This document shows, piece after piece, positions 19,250-27,301 of a stretch of 64,000 bases of DNA (within the stretch, counting starts at the first letter, position 1; each line of letters begins with the position of its first letter). Origin of the DNA: Steroidobacteraceae bacterium (lineage in GTDB: Bacteria; Pseudomonadota; Gammaproteobacteria; Steroidobacterales; Steroidobacteraceae); contig DATAVA010000026.1 in NCBI GenBank assembly GCA_036267975.1, forward strand, positions 8,482-72,481, given 5' to 3'. Below the pieces are notes generated by a model. It saw only the letters and a program-made list of their open reading frames with translations. It did not search any database and was not told the DNA's origin. A program made the translations under genes and the position numbers.

Positions 19250-19969
19250 ATGCCCATAGCCCGGATCAAGCGCCGTCACCCTGCGGACGGCGGCTATGCC
19301 AGAGGTGAGGAGACCCGCGCGCGCATCGTGACTACGGCGCTGCGTGTATTCGGCGAGGAGGGGTTCACGAAGGCCTCGACCCGGCAGATCGCCGCCGACG
19401 CTGGCGTGAATCCTCCCGCGCTACAGTATTACTTCGGTGGCAAGGAGGGCCTGCACCGCGCTTGCGCCCAATTCATCATCGACCGGGTGATGATCATCAT
19501 CGCGCCCGCACTGGCCGAAGCACGGCAGGTCAGGCAGCACACGCAACGCGACCGTGCCATCGATGCGTTGTGCGCGCTGCTGGACTCGATGGCGGATGCC
19601 CTCGTCGCCGCAGGTTCGGAGAGCTGGAGCCGATTCATCACCCGCGGCAAGGCCGATGGTGCGGGTCCGGCCATCGGCATGCTGCGCCAGAATATTGCGA
19701 TGCCGATCATGCTCACCGTCGCACAGCTGATTGCCATTGTGACGGCGGGCGACCCCTCCGATGAGCTCATCCGCGTCAAGGCTACGGCCATCTTCGGGCA
19801 GATCTCGACCTTCCTGACGAATCGCGAGAGCACACTGGAGGCGCTGAACTGGACTGATTTTGACACGCAGCGCCTGCAGATCATCAAGACTGTTGTGCGC
19901 GAGCATACCCGCGCCATACTGGGTGCACGCGCCGGATCGCCGCGGCGCGCCACAGGAGAATTGCGATGA
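19250..19969 (+). CDS. TetR-family transcriptional regulator
   Basis: ATG 19250 lies 7 nt after GAAGGAG. HTH TKASTRQIAADAGVNPPALQYYFGGKEGL. Divergent from the efflux operon. Confidence 0.9.
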   Translation: MPIARIKRRHPADGGYARGEETRARIVTTALRVFGEEGFTKASTRQIAADAGVNPPALQYYFGGKEGLHRACAQFIIDRVMIIIAPALAEARQVRQHTQRDRAIDALCALLDSMADALVAAGSESWSRFITRGKADGAGPAIGMLRQNIAMPIMLTVAQLIAIVTAGDPSDELIRVKATAIFGQISTFLTNRESTLEALNWTDFDTQRLQIIKTVVREHTRAILGARAGSPRRATGELR

Positions 19970-20820
19970 AGCTGTTTCGGCATGGCGCGAAAGGACAGGA
20001 GAAGCCGGGCATCCTCGATGCGCAGGGTCGACGCCGTGATTTGTCGGGCATCGTCATTGATATCGACGGCCAGTTGCTGGCCGCAGGATTGGCCACGCTC
20101 AAGGATGTGAATACGGCAAGTCTGCCCGAGGTACCGGCGGTGGCGCGCTTCGCCGAGCCGGTCGGCGGAGTTGGAAAATTCGTCTGTATCGGTTTGAATT
20201 ACCGCGACCATGCCGCCGAAGCAAAAATGAAGATCCCCGCCGAGCCGATCATCTTCATGAAGGCGACTTCGGCGATCATGGGCCCGAACGACCCGGTCGT
20301 GATCCCGCCGCAGTCACAGAAGTCGGACTGGGAGGTCGAGCTCGGCATCATCATCGGGCAGGAGGCCCGCTACGTGTCGCTGGAGCGCGCGCTGGATTTC
20401 GTGGCCGGCGTGTGCGTGTGCAACGATCTGTCGGAGCGGCACTTCCAGATCGAACGCGGCGGCCAATGGGCCAAGGGCAAGGGCTGCGACACCTTTGGGC
20501 CGTTCGGACCCTACCTGGTGACGCTCGATGAGGCCGGTGACCTCGACAGTCTGCACCTGTGGCTGAGCGTCAACGGTACGCCCATGCAGAACGGCAGCAC
20601 CCGTGACATGATTTTCAACGTGCCGTTCCTGGTGCACTACGTCAGTCAGTTCATGAGTCTGCAACCCGGTGACATCATCAGCACCGGAACACCTGCCGGC
20701 GTGGGCATGGGGCGCAATCCGCCGGTATTCCTGCAGGAAGGGGATGAGATCCACCTCGGGATCGATGGTCTGGGCGAGCAGCGCCAGCAGGTCAGGCGCT
20801 ATACGCACGCGCCGGCCTGA
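19966..20820 (+). CDS. Fumarylacetoacetate hydrolase (FAH) family protein
   Basis: 284 aa. KFVCIGLNYRDHA...DWEVELGIIIG...ISTGTPAGVG. ATGA overlap with the TetR gene. Confidence 0.9.
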   Translation: MKLFRHGAKGQEKPGILDAQGRRRDLSGIVIDIDGQLLAAGLATLKDVNTASLPEVPAVARFAEPVGGVGKFVCIGLNYRDHAAEAKMKIPAEPIIFMKATSAIMGPNDPVVIPPQSQKSDWEVELGIIIGQEARYVSLERALDFVAGVCVCNDLSERHFQIERGGQWAKGKGCDTFGPFGPYLVTLDEAGDLDSLHLWLSVNGTPMQNGSTRDMIFNVPFLVHYVSQFMSLQPGDIISTGTPAGVGMGRNPPVFLQEGDEIHLGIDGLGEQRQQVRRYTHAPA

Positions 20821-20835
20821 GCGGGCCGGTCAGGG

Positions 20836-21120
20836 TCAGCGACGCACGTAACGACGCTCGCCGGATACCGGGTCGTACTGCACATCCATGACCTCGCCGC
20901 TGATCGGATCGGCGAATTTCTCTTCGGTGGCTTGCCAGTGGGCGCTGTGCGGTCCGGAGCCTTTTCGATAGCGCCAGTTCTCGAAGGCGGTGCCGACGAA
21001 GACGAGCGCGCCCACGAGCAGCAGCTGCACTCCGGGCGACCACACCCGCAGCAGGAGCAGCACCAGTCCCGCGGCCGCCAGCAGCAGTGCGATTGCGAGC
21101 ACGATCCGGCGCAGCATCAT
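20836..21120 (-). CDS. Small two-TM membrane protein, unknown function
   Basis: 94 aa (MMLRRIVLAIALLLAAAGLVLLLL...). Starts 2 nt after the YbjQ stop. The rest of ORF-track call 20836..22986 is antisense to the alcohol dehydrogenase. Confidence 0.55.
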   Translation of the reverse strand: MMLRRIVLAIALLLAAAGLVLLLLRVWSPGVQLLLVGALVFVGTAFENWRYRKGSGPHSAHWQATEEKFADPISGEVMDVQYDPVSGERRYVRR

Positions 21121-21122
21121 CT

Positions 21123-21446
21123 TCAGGCAACGGGCTCGATGATGACGGCAGTCCCATAGGCCACCACTTCGCTCATCGTCTGGCCCATTTCGGATGAATC
21201 GAAGCGCATCATCACGACGGCATTGGCGTGCATGAGGGTGGCGTTTTTCACCATGCGGTCCACGGCGTGGCGCCGAGCTTCCTCCAGCATCTGGGTGTAC
21301 TCGACGATTTCGCCGCCGGCGAGGGAGCGCAGGCTTGCCATGATGTTGCCTCCCAGCCCGCGACTGCGCACCACAACGCCGAAGACCTGGCCCTTGGTTT
21401 CGCGAATGCGGTGACCGGCAACATTCTCCGTCGTGACAACCAGCAT
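21123..21446 (-). CDS. YbjQ/UPF0145 family protein
   Basis: 107 aa. GHRIRETKGQVFGVVVRSRGLGGNI...EARRHAVDRM...NAVVMMRFD is a textbook YbjQ pattern. Confidence 0.9.
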   Translation of the reverse strand: MLVVTTENVAGHRIRETKGQVFGVVVRSRGLGGNIMASLRSLAGGEIVEYTQMLEEARRHAVDRMVKNATLMHANAVVMMRFDSSEMGQTMSEVVAYGTAVIIEPVA

Positions 21447-21582
21447 GTTCGTTCCCCAGTCGGTGATTTACGGCCAGTCCATGGCCCTGGCGCCATTCTA
21501 TGCCCGGATGCTGTCCCCAGACAGCTTTGCGGTTACAATCGTAATCCGCGTTTTTTGCGTGATTTGAGGTCTGCTGGGGGCA

Positions 21583-23718
21583 ATGCTGATGCGTACATGG
21601 AAACTGATCCCGGGACTTGCGACGCTCGGCGTCCTCATGAGCATCATCGCCTCGTATGCGGCAACGGCGGCCGACGGTGCTGCGGATGTGAACGCCAAGC
21701 GCATGATGGATCCGGCGGCGACGGCCGCGAACTGGATGTCCTATGGGGACACCTACTCCGAGCAGCACTTCAGCGCGCTGACCCAGATCAACAAGAATAA
21801 TGTTTCGCAGCTGGGGCTGGCCTGGTTCGCGGACTACGACACCAATCTGACCCAGGCCGGAACCCCGCTGGAGATTGACGGCGTGATTTATGTCTCCACC
21901 GCCTGGAGCAAGGTGTATGCGTTCGACGCCCACACCGGCAAGACGCTGTGGGAGTACAACCCGAAGACGCCCGGGGACTGGATCCGCAATGTGTGCTGCG
22001 GCATCGTCAATCGTGGCATCGCGGCCTGGAATGGCAAGATTTATCTTGGCACGCTTGATGGCCGGCTGGTCGCGCTCAATGCAAAGAACGGCAAGGTCGT
22101 CTGGTCGGTGTTGACGATCGATCCCACCAAGCACTACTCGATCACCAGCGCACCGCGCGTGGCCAAGGGCAAGGTGCTGATCGGCGAATCCGGCGGCGAG
22201 TACGGTGTGCGCGGCTACCTGAGCGCCTATGACGCGCAGACCGGCAAGATGGACTGGCGCTTCTACACGGTGCCGGGTGATCCGAAGAAGGGCTTCGAGA
22301 ATCCAGCCATGGCAATGGCGGCCAAGACCTGGGGCGGTGAGTGGTGGAAACTCGGCGGCGGCGGCACGGTGTGGGATGCCATCGTGTTCGATCCGGTCAC
22401 CAACCTGGTGTACTTCGGTGTCGGCAATGGAACACCGTGGAACGATCACTTCCGTGACCCGACCACCAAGGACAACCTGTTCCTGGCCTCCATCGTCGCG
22501 GTCAACGTCGACACCGGCAAGTACGTGTGGCACTACCAGGAAACCCCCGCGGATACCTGGGACTACGATGCCGTGAGCCCGATCGCGGTCGTGGACATGA
22601 AGATGGATGGCAAGGAGCGCCGCGTACTGCTGCAGCCGAGCAAGAACGGTTTCTTCTATGTGCTCGAGGCGCGCACCGGAAAGCTGCTGAATGCGACGCC
22701 CTTCGTGGATGTCAACTGGGCCAGCGGAGTGGACCTGAAGACCGGTCGCCCGCGCGTCAATCCGGCCGCCCGTTTCCCCGAAGGCAAGCCATGGGACCTC
22801 AGCCCAGGCGTGCAGGGCGCGCATGGCTGGCATTCCAATGCCTACAGTCCCGATACCGGCTTGCTGTATGTGCCGACGCAGATTGCGTACTTCCCCATGG
22901 TATTTGATCCGACCTACACGCCCAATCCGGTCGGCTACAACCTCGGCATCGATTTCGGCGCGCAGCTCACCTACTACAAGAGTCATCCCGAGGCGCCGAA
23001 CAAGTTCGTCGGTTACCTGCAGGCCATTGACCCACGGACCGGCAAGAAGGTCTGGGGTGGGCCGCAGAATCAGGGCCCGACCGGCGGCGCCGTGGCGACC
23101 GCCGCTGGCCTGGTGTTCCAGGGTGGCGGCTCAAGTGATGATTTCCGGGCCTTCGATGCCACGTCCGGAAAAATCCTCTGGACCGCCCAGACCCAGACAG
23201 CCGTGCTGGCTGCCCCCATCTCGTATGAACTGGATGGCAAACAGTACATAGCCGTCAGCGTGGGTGGGGCGGTTCCGGGCGGTGATTATTACGCGCCGAA
23301 TCACTCGCGGATGCTGGTATATACCGTGGGTGGCAGCGCCCAGCTGCCGGCGCCGCAGCCGTACACCCCGCGCGCCTTACTGCCCCCTCCCGACAAGGCC
23401 ACGGTCGCGCAGGTGCATCAGGGCGAGCAGTTGTACGCGCGCAATTGCGCGGCCTGCCATGGTGATCGCGGCCAGACCCGCGGTGCGAACTTCCCCGACC
23501 TGACCCGCACGCCGCTGTTATGGTCGCCGGATGGCTTTGATGCGATCGTGTTGAAGGGCCTGCTGAAGGACAAGGGCATGGCCTCCTTCGCCGAAGTGCT
23601 GAAGCCGACGGACACCGCGCTGATCCGCGACTTCATCATCAATCAGGCCAATCAGCTGAAGAACAATCCACAACCTGCGGCGCCGCCACCCGCAGCGGGC
23701 GCTCACGAGCAGCATTGA
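21583..23718 (+). CDS. Quinohemoprotein PQQ-dependent alcohol dehydrogenase (type II, C-terminal cytochrome c)
   Basis: 711 aa with a signal peptide. NWMSYGDTYSEQHFS, vicinal CC in NVCCGIVNRG, W-docking propeller repeats and C-terminal CAACHGD. Confidence 0.92.
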   Translation: MLMRTWKLIPGLATLGVLMSIIASYAATAADGAADVNAKRMMDPAATAANWMSYGDTYSEQHFSALTQINKNNVSQLGLAWFADYDTNLTQAGTPLEIDGVIYVSTAWSKVYAFDAHTGKTLWEYNPKTPGDWIRNVCCGIVNRGIAAWNGKIYLGTLDGRLVALNAKNGKVVWSVLTIDPTKHYSITSAPRVAKGKVLIGESGGEYGVRGYLSAYDAQTGKMDWRFYTVPGDPKKGFENPAMAMAAKTWGGEWWKLGGGGTVWDAIVFDPVTNLVYFGVGNGTPWNDHFRDPTTKDNLFLASIVAVNVDTGKYVWHYQETPADTWDYDAVSPIAVVDMKMDGKERRVLLQPSKNGFFYVLEARTGKLLNATPFVDVNWASGVDLKTGRPRVNPAARFPEGKPWDLSPGVQGAHGWHSNAYSPDTGLLYVPTQIAYFPMVFDPTYTPNPVGYNLGIDFGAQLTYYKSHPEAPNKFVGYLQAIDPRTGKKVWGGPQNQGPTGGAVATAAGLVFQGGGSSDDFRAFDATSGKILWTAQTQTAVLAAPISYELDGKQYIAVSVGGAVPGGDYYAPNHSRMLVYTVGGSAQLPAPQPYTPRALLPPPDKATVAQVHQGEQLYARNCAACHGDRGQTRGANFPDLTRTPLLWSPDGFDAIVLKGLLKDKGMASFAEVLKPTDTALIRDFIINQANQLKNNPQPAAPPPAAGAHEQH

Positions 23719-23727
23719 GCGCAGCAA

Positions 23728-25104
23728 TCAATCGTGCAGCGTTTTGACGTCCTGCGCGAATTCGGGCTTGGTCGCCAGCAGAATATCGAATGCCGTCTGC
23801 GCATCCGGGGTGCCGTGCAGGTTCTGCGCAAGCTTCGCGTACAGGTATTCGCGGACGAACAGCGGCAGCGCATCGAAGCCTTCGGAATAGATCAGAAAGC
23901 TCACCGGATAACGGAATACGCGCCTGTCCAGATCCAGTTCCCGCAGCGAGCGACCACGCGAATCCCTCGGACCCTGGGCCTGAAACCATTGCGCGTAGCC
24001 GCTGCTGCCCGCGACTTTGTCCGGCAGCGGTGCCGCGCCCCGCACGAGCAGCCCGTCCGCCACCGGGGCCAGCAGTGGGTCGAGCCGGCCCTGCAAAGTC
24101 ACCGGCAACTGCGCCCAATGCAGGCTCGCGGCATCCCCCGTGGGCAGTAAACGGGCGAGCAACATCCGCGATTTGTAATTGGCCCGGATGATGAGATTGT
24201 GCACCGTCACCTGATGCTCGAGCACCAGCAATGCCACGATGTCGGAAGTCTTGCGCAGGTATGGCGAAGTATCCAGCAGCGAGTCAAGCGACATGAGGCT
24301 GCCGCGCCTGACCTTATCGAGCGCGAGCGGGGTATTCGAGGCGGGCGGCTGGATGTTGCCCAGATGCATGGCACCGCCGTCCTGGCCCGTGACGTACCAA
24401 CCGCCCCAGCGCTCGGCAATCGGCGTCTCATCGGCAGTCTCTCGGGCGACGGCATCGGGGATCAACTTGCCATGGTCCACTTCGTAGGTTGACTCGAACA
24501 GGAAGCGTGGCACCCCGCCCCCCATTTCCGAATACGAGTCATGGCAGGTCAGGCAGCGCAGTGCCTGGCGGTCCAGGTTGGCATGGCTGTCTGCGGCCAT
24601 CACGGTGTAGAACACCGGTCCCCGGTCCGCATCCATGGTGTTGATCTCCAACATGCCGGTCTTCTGGACCCAGGCGACGTAAGTGTTGTCGTTGAAGTAG
24701 ATTGCGCGCGGCGTGGCCGCACTGATCGCATCGACCTGCAGGCTGGTCTTCGAGAACACCAGCACCTGGGAGTCCGGATCGATGTTCAGGGCCTTCAGGA
24801 TCGATTCCAGATAGCCGTGCTGCGGCGTGGCGGTGAGCTTCACTGTGCCCGCCTCGATGCGCTGCTGCAGGCGCGCGATTTCGTTGCGTACCGGCGGGTC
24901 GGAATAATGGATGAAGGGATAATCGCGGTCATAGACCATGACCGAACCGCCATCCGGCGGGCGGCGCGCATCCGAGGTGGGGCCGGATTCGGGCTGTGCG
25001 CCATAGCTGACGATGCGCGCATCGGGCGCGCCCGCGAAGGACACAGTGGCGCTCGTGGCCAGCAGGGCGACCACGAACAGCAATCGCATCACCGGCAGTT
25101 TCAT
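23728..25104 (-). CDS. Secreted protein of unknown function with one CxxCH heme-attachment motif
   Basis: Start refined to ATG 25104 (MKLPVMRLLFVVALLATSATVSFAG), overlapping the TGA of the Rrf2 gene. CLTCH is encoded at 24541..24555. The upstream part of the ORF-track call overlaps the Rrf2 gene in another frame. Confidence 0.75.
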   Translation of the reverse strand: MKLPVMRLLFVVALLATSATVSFAGAPDARIVSYGAQPESGPTSDARRPPDGGSVMVYDRDYPFIHYSDPPVRNEIARLQQRIEAGTVKLTATPQHGYLESILKALNIDPDSQVLVFSKTSLQVDAISAATPRAIYFNDNTYVAWVQKTGMLEINTMDADRGPVFYTVMAADSHANLDRQALRCLTCHDSYSEMGGGVPRFLFESTYEVDHGKLIPDAVARETADETPIAERWGGWYVTGQDGGAMHLGNIQPPASNTPLALDKVRRGSLMSLDSLLDTSPYLRKTSDIVALLVLEHQVTVHNLIIRANYKSRMLLARLLPTGDAASLHWAQLPVTLQGRLDPLLAPVADGLLVRGAAPLPDKVAGSSGYAQWFQAQGPRDSRGRSLRELDLDRRVFRYPVSFLIYSEGFDALPLFVREYLYAKLAQNLHGTPDAQTAFDILLATKPEFAQDVKTLHD

Positions 25105-25547
25105 GGCCGCGCGCCGCTGTTGCCGGCCGTCGCCGCGGAAAACAGCCGATGCAACTGATTGCGGCGGACCATCATGTCGGCCAGCGTGTATTGATCGAGC
25201 ACCGCCAGGAAGGCGCGCGTCGCCTGCGCAAACACGTTGTTCACCTGGCAGGCCGGTGAAATCAGGCAATTGGGGCAATCCACCAGTTCGAAGTGCTTCT
25301 CCGTATGGCGTATCAGGGCGCCGAGGTTGATGTCCGCGGCCGCGTTGCGCAGGCGGATGCCGCCGTGCCGACCGCGCACGGTTTCGACGTAGCCGGACTG
25401 CCCGAGGTCCTGGACCACCTTCATGAGGTGGCTTTGCGAGATCCCATATGCCTTCGCAATTTCCGCGATGCACGAGAGTCGGTCGGAATAGGTCGACAGG
25501 TACGTCAGCACGCGGATGGAATAATCGGTATAGCGGGTCAGATGCAT
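25101..25547 (-). CDS. Rrf2-family regulator, NsrR-like (three-Cys cluster motif)
   Basis: 148 aa. MHLTRYTDYSIRVLTYL, HTH ISQSHLMKVVQDLGQSGYVETVRGRHGGIRL, Cys triad CPNCLISPAC. Confidence 0.88.
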   Translation of the reverse strand: MHLTRYTDYSIRVLTYLSTYSDRLSCIAEIAKAYGISQSHLMKVVQDLGQSGYVETVRGRHGGIRLRNAAADINLGALIRHTEKHFELVDCPNCLISPACQVNNVFAQATRAFLAVLDQYTLADMMVRRNQLHRLFSAATAGNSGARP

Positions 25548-25588
25548 CGGATGTCGGGCTCCACAGGGTTATCCGGAGCGGTTCTAAT

Positions 25589-25611
25589 AATATGCATTTG
25601 AAATGAATGTT
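25589..25611. promoter_or_regulatory. NsrR-type 11-1-11 inverted repeat
   Basis: AATATGCATTT-G-AAATGAATGTT. The left half fits the E. coli NsrR half-site AANATGCATTT as I recall it, and the right half fits 10 of 11. Lies 42 bp upstream of the Rrf2 start, in the divergent region shared with osmC. Confidence 0.65.
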
Positions 25612-25760
25612 TAAAGGGCACACACCTTTGCCGAGGGGTAAAGGCAGACGTTGGGCCCCTGCAGGGCCGCTGCGGTTCGTGCTGCGGTGCTAAGATTCCC
25701 CTAATCGGTTGAATAACCCCCTTCACAGCGACGACCTAAGCTCGTCATTAGAGGTTTGAG

Positions 25761-26189
25761 ATGAAGATCACACGCACCGGTTCGGCTGCCTGGCAGGGCG
25801 GCCTGAAGGACGGCAAGGGCACGATCTCAACCCAGAGCGGGGCGCTCAGTGCCTATCCCTATGGCTTCGCCAGCCGCTTCGAGGGCGTGAAGGGCAGCAA
25901 TCCGGAGGAACTGATTGCCGCGGCCCACGCCAGTTGCTTCACCATGGCGCTGTCGCTGATCCTGGGCAATGCGGGCCTTGTCGCCGAACAGATGGATACC
26001 AAGGCGGCCGTGAGCATCGAGCAGATCGGTGATGGTTTCGAGATCACCTCATCGCATCTGACCCTGCGCGCCAAGATTCCGGGAATCACCGCCGCGAAAT
26101 TCACCGAGCTGACGGGGATGGCGAAGGCCGGATGTCCGGTGTCCAAACTGCTGAAGACCGAGATCTCCCTCGAGGCGACTCTGGTCTGA
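25761..26189 (+). CDS. osmC: OsmC peroxiredoxin
   Basis: 142 aa, closely parallel to E. coli OsmC (G.A.W.G....GKGT.ST.SG.L...PYGF..RFEG.KG.NPEELI.AAHA.CF.MALS, AKAGCPVS). Confidence 0.9.
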   Translation: MKITRTGSAAWQGGLKDGKGTISTQSGALSAYPYGFASRFEGVKGSNPEELIAAAHASCFTMALSLILGNAGLVAEQMDTKAAVSIEQIGDGFEITSSHLTLRAKIPGITAAKFTELTGMAKAGCPVSKLLKTEISLEATLV

Positions 26190-26203
26190 ACTGCGAGAGC
26201 GAC

Positions 26204-27292
26204 ATGATCAACAAACGAAGAGTGCTGGTCGCGGCTGCCGCGATCCTATGTGTGGCACTGTCGCCGCGGCCTGCGGCTGCTGCACAGGACTACCAGGTCT
26301 GGGTCTCGAACGAAAAGTCCGGAGACGTGACCATTATCGACGGCGGCTCGCTGAAGGTGCTGGCGACGATGCCGGTGGGCAAGCGCCCGCGCGGCATCCA
26401 CGCAAGCCCCGATGGGCGCACGGTGTATGTAGCGCTGAGCGGCACGCCCATCGAAGCCCCGCCGGAACTGGATGCCGCCGGCAATCCCATCTTCAAGAAG
26501 GGTCATGGAAAAGATGACGATGATGACGATGACAATGTCGTGTCCGACAAATCGGCCGACGGTATCGGTGTCATCAATGTTGCGAACCGGCAGCTGACCG
26601 GAAAGATCAAGGTCGGCTCGGACCCCGAGGAGTTCGCGCTCAGTCCCGATGGCCGCAAGATCTATGTGTCCAACGAAGATGTGAAGACCGCGAGCATCGT
26701 CGACATCGGCTCCGGCAAGGTCCAACACATCATCCTCGTCGGACAGGAACCGGAGGGTGTCGCGGTGACGCCCGATGGCAATCGCATCTACGTGACCTGC
26801 GAAACCGGCGGGGACATTCTCGTCGTCGATGCCCATACCTATAAGACGCTGGCACATTTCAAGGTGCCGCCCAGGCCGCGCAGCGTGGATTTCCGCACCG
26901 ATGCCCCCATAGGCTTCATCCCTTCGGAGTCCGCCGGCCTGCTCAATATCATCGACTCGGCGGCTTCGAAGGTCACGAAGACCATCACTTTGCCCAAAGG
27001 CTCGCGGCCCATGCGGGTGCGGGTGAGCCCCGATAACGCCAAGGTGTACGTCAGCGATGGTCGCGCGGGAACGGTGACGGTGATGGACGCCCACACTTAC
27101 GCCATCGACGGCAGCATCAAGGTCGGCAAGCGACCCTGGGGCATCGTGCTGTCGCCCGATGGCAAGTTTCTGTTTTCGGCCAATGGGCCGTCCAATGACG
27201 TTTCAGTGGTGGACCTGGCGCAGGGCAAGGAGATCGCGCGCATCAAGGCGGGTGCAAGTCCGTGGGGTGTCACGATCGTCCCGACTCACTGA
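26204..27292 (+). CDS. YVTN-family beta-propeller repeat protein (PQQ-catabolism-associated type)
   Basis: ATG 26204, signal peptide. Repeated P.G...SPDG...YV.N......V.V.D blades. Contains an Asp7 run. Confidence 0.8.
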   Translation: MINKRRVLVAAAAILCVALSPRPAAAAQDYQVWVSNEKSGDVTIIDGGSLKVLATMPVGKRPRGIHASPDGRTVYVALSGTPIEAPPELDAAGNPIFKKGHGKDDDDDDDNVVSDKSADGIGVINVANRQLTGKIKVGSDPEEFALSPDGRKIYVSNEDVKTASIVDIGSGKVQHIILVGQEPEGVAVTPDGNRIYVTCETGGDILVVDAHTYKTLAHFKVPPRPRSVDFRTDAPIGFIPSESAGLLNIIDSAASKVTKTITLPKGSRPMRVRVSPDNAKVYVSDGRAGTVTVMDAHTYAIDGSIKVGKRPWGIVLSPDGKFLFSANGPSNDVSVVDLAQGKEIARIKAGASPWGVTIVPTH

Positions 27293-27301
27293 CGGTCGCG
27301 G

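Noticed and set aside
20836-22986. 716-aa minus-strand ORF
   Set aside because: It is a chimera. Only the last 94 codons (20836..21120) look like a real small membrane protein following ybjQ. The rest is antisense to the PQQ alcohol dehydrogenase and overlaps ybjQ out of frame.
25105-25623. N-terminal extension of ORF 23728..25623
   Set aside because: It overlaps the well-supported Rrf2 gene in another frame. A signal peptide begins exactly at the internal ATG 25104, which overlaps the Rrf2 stop.
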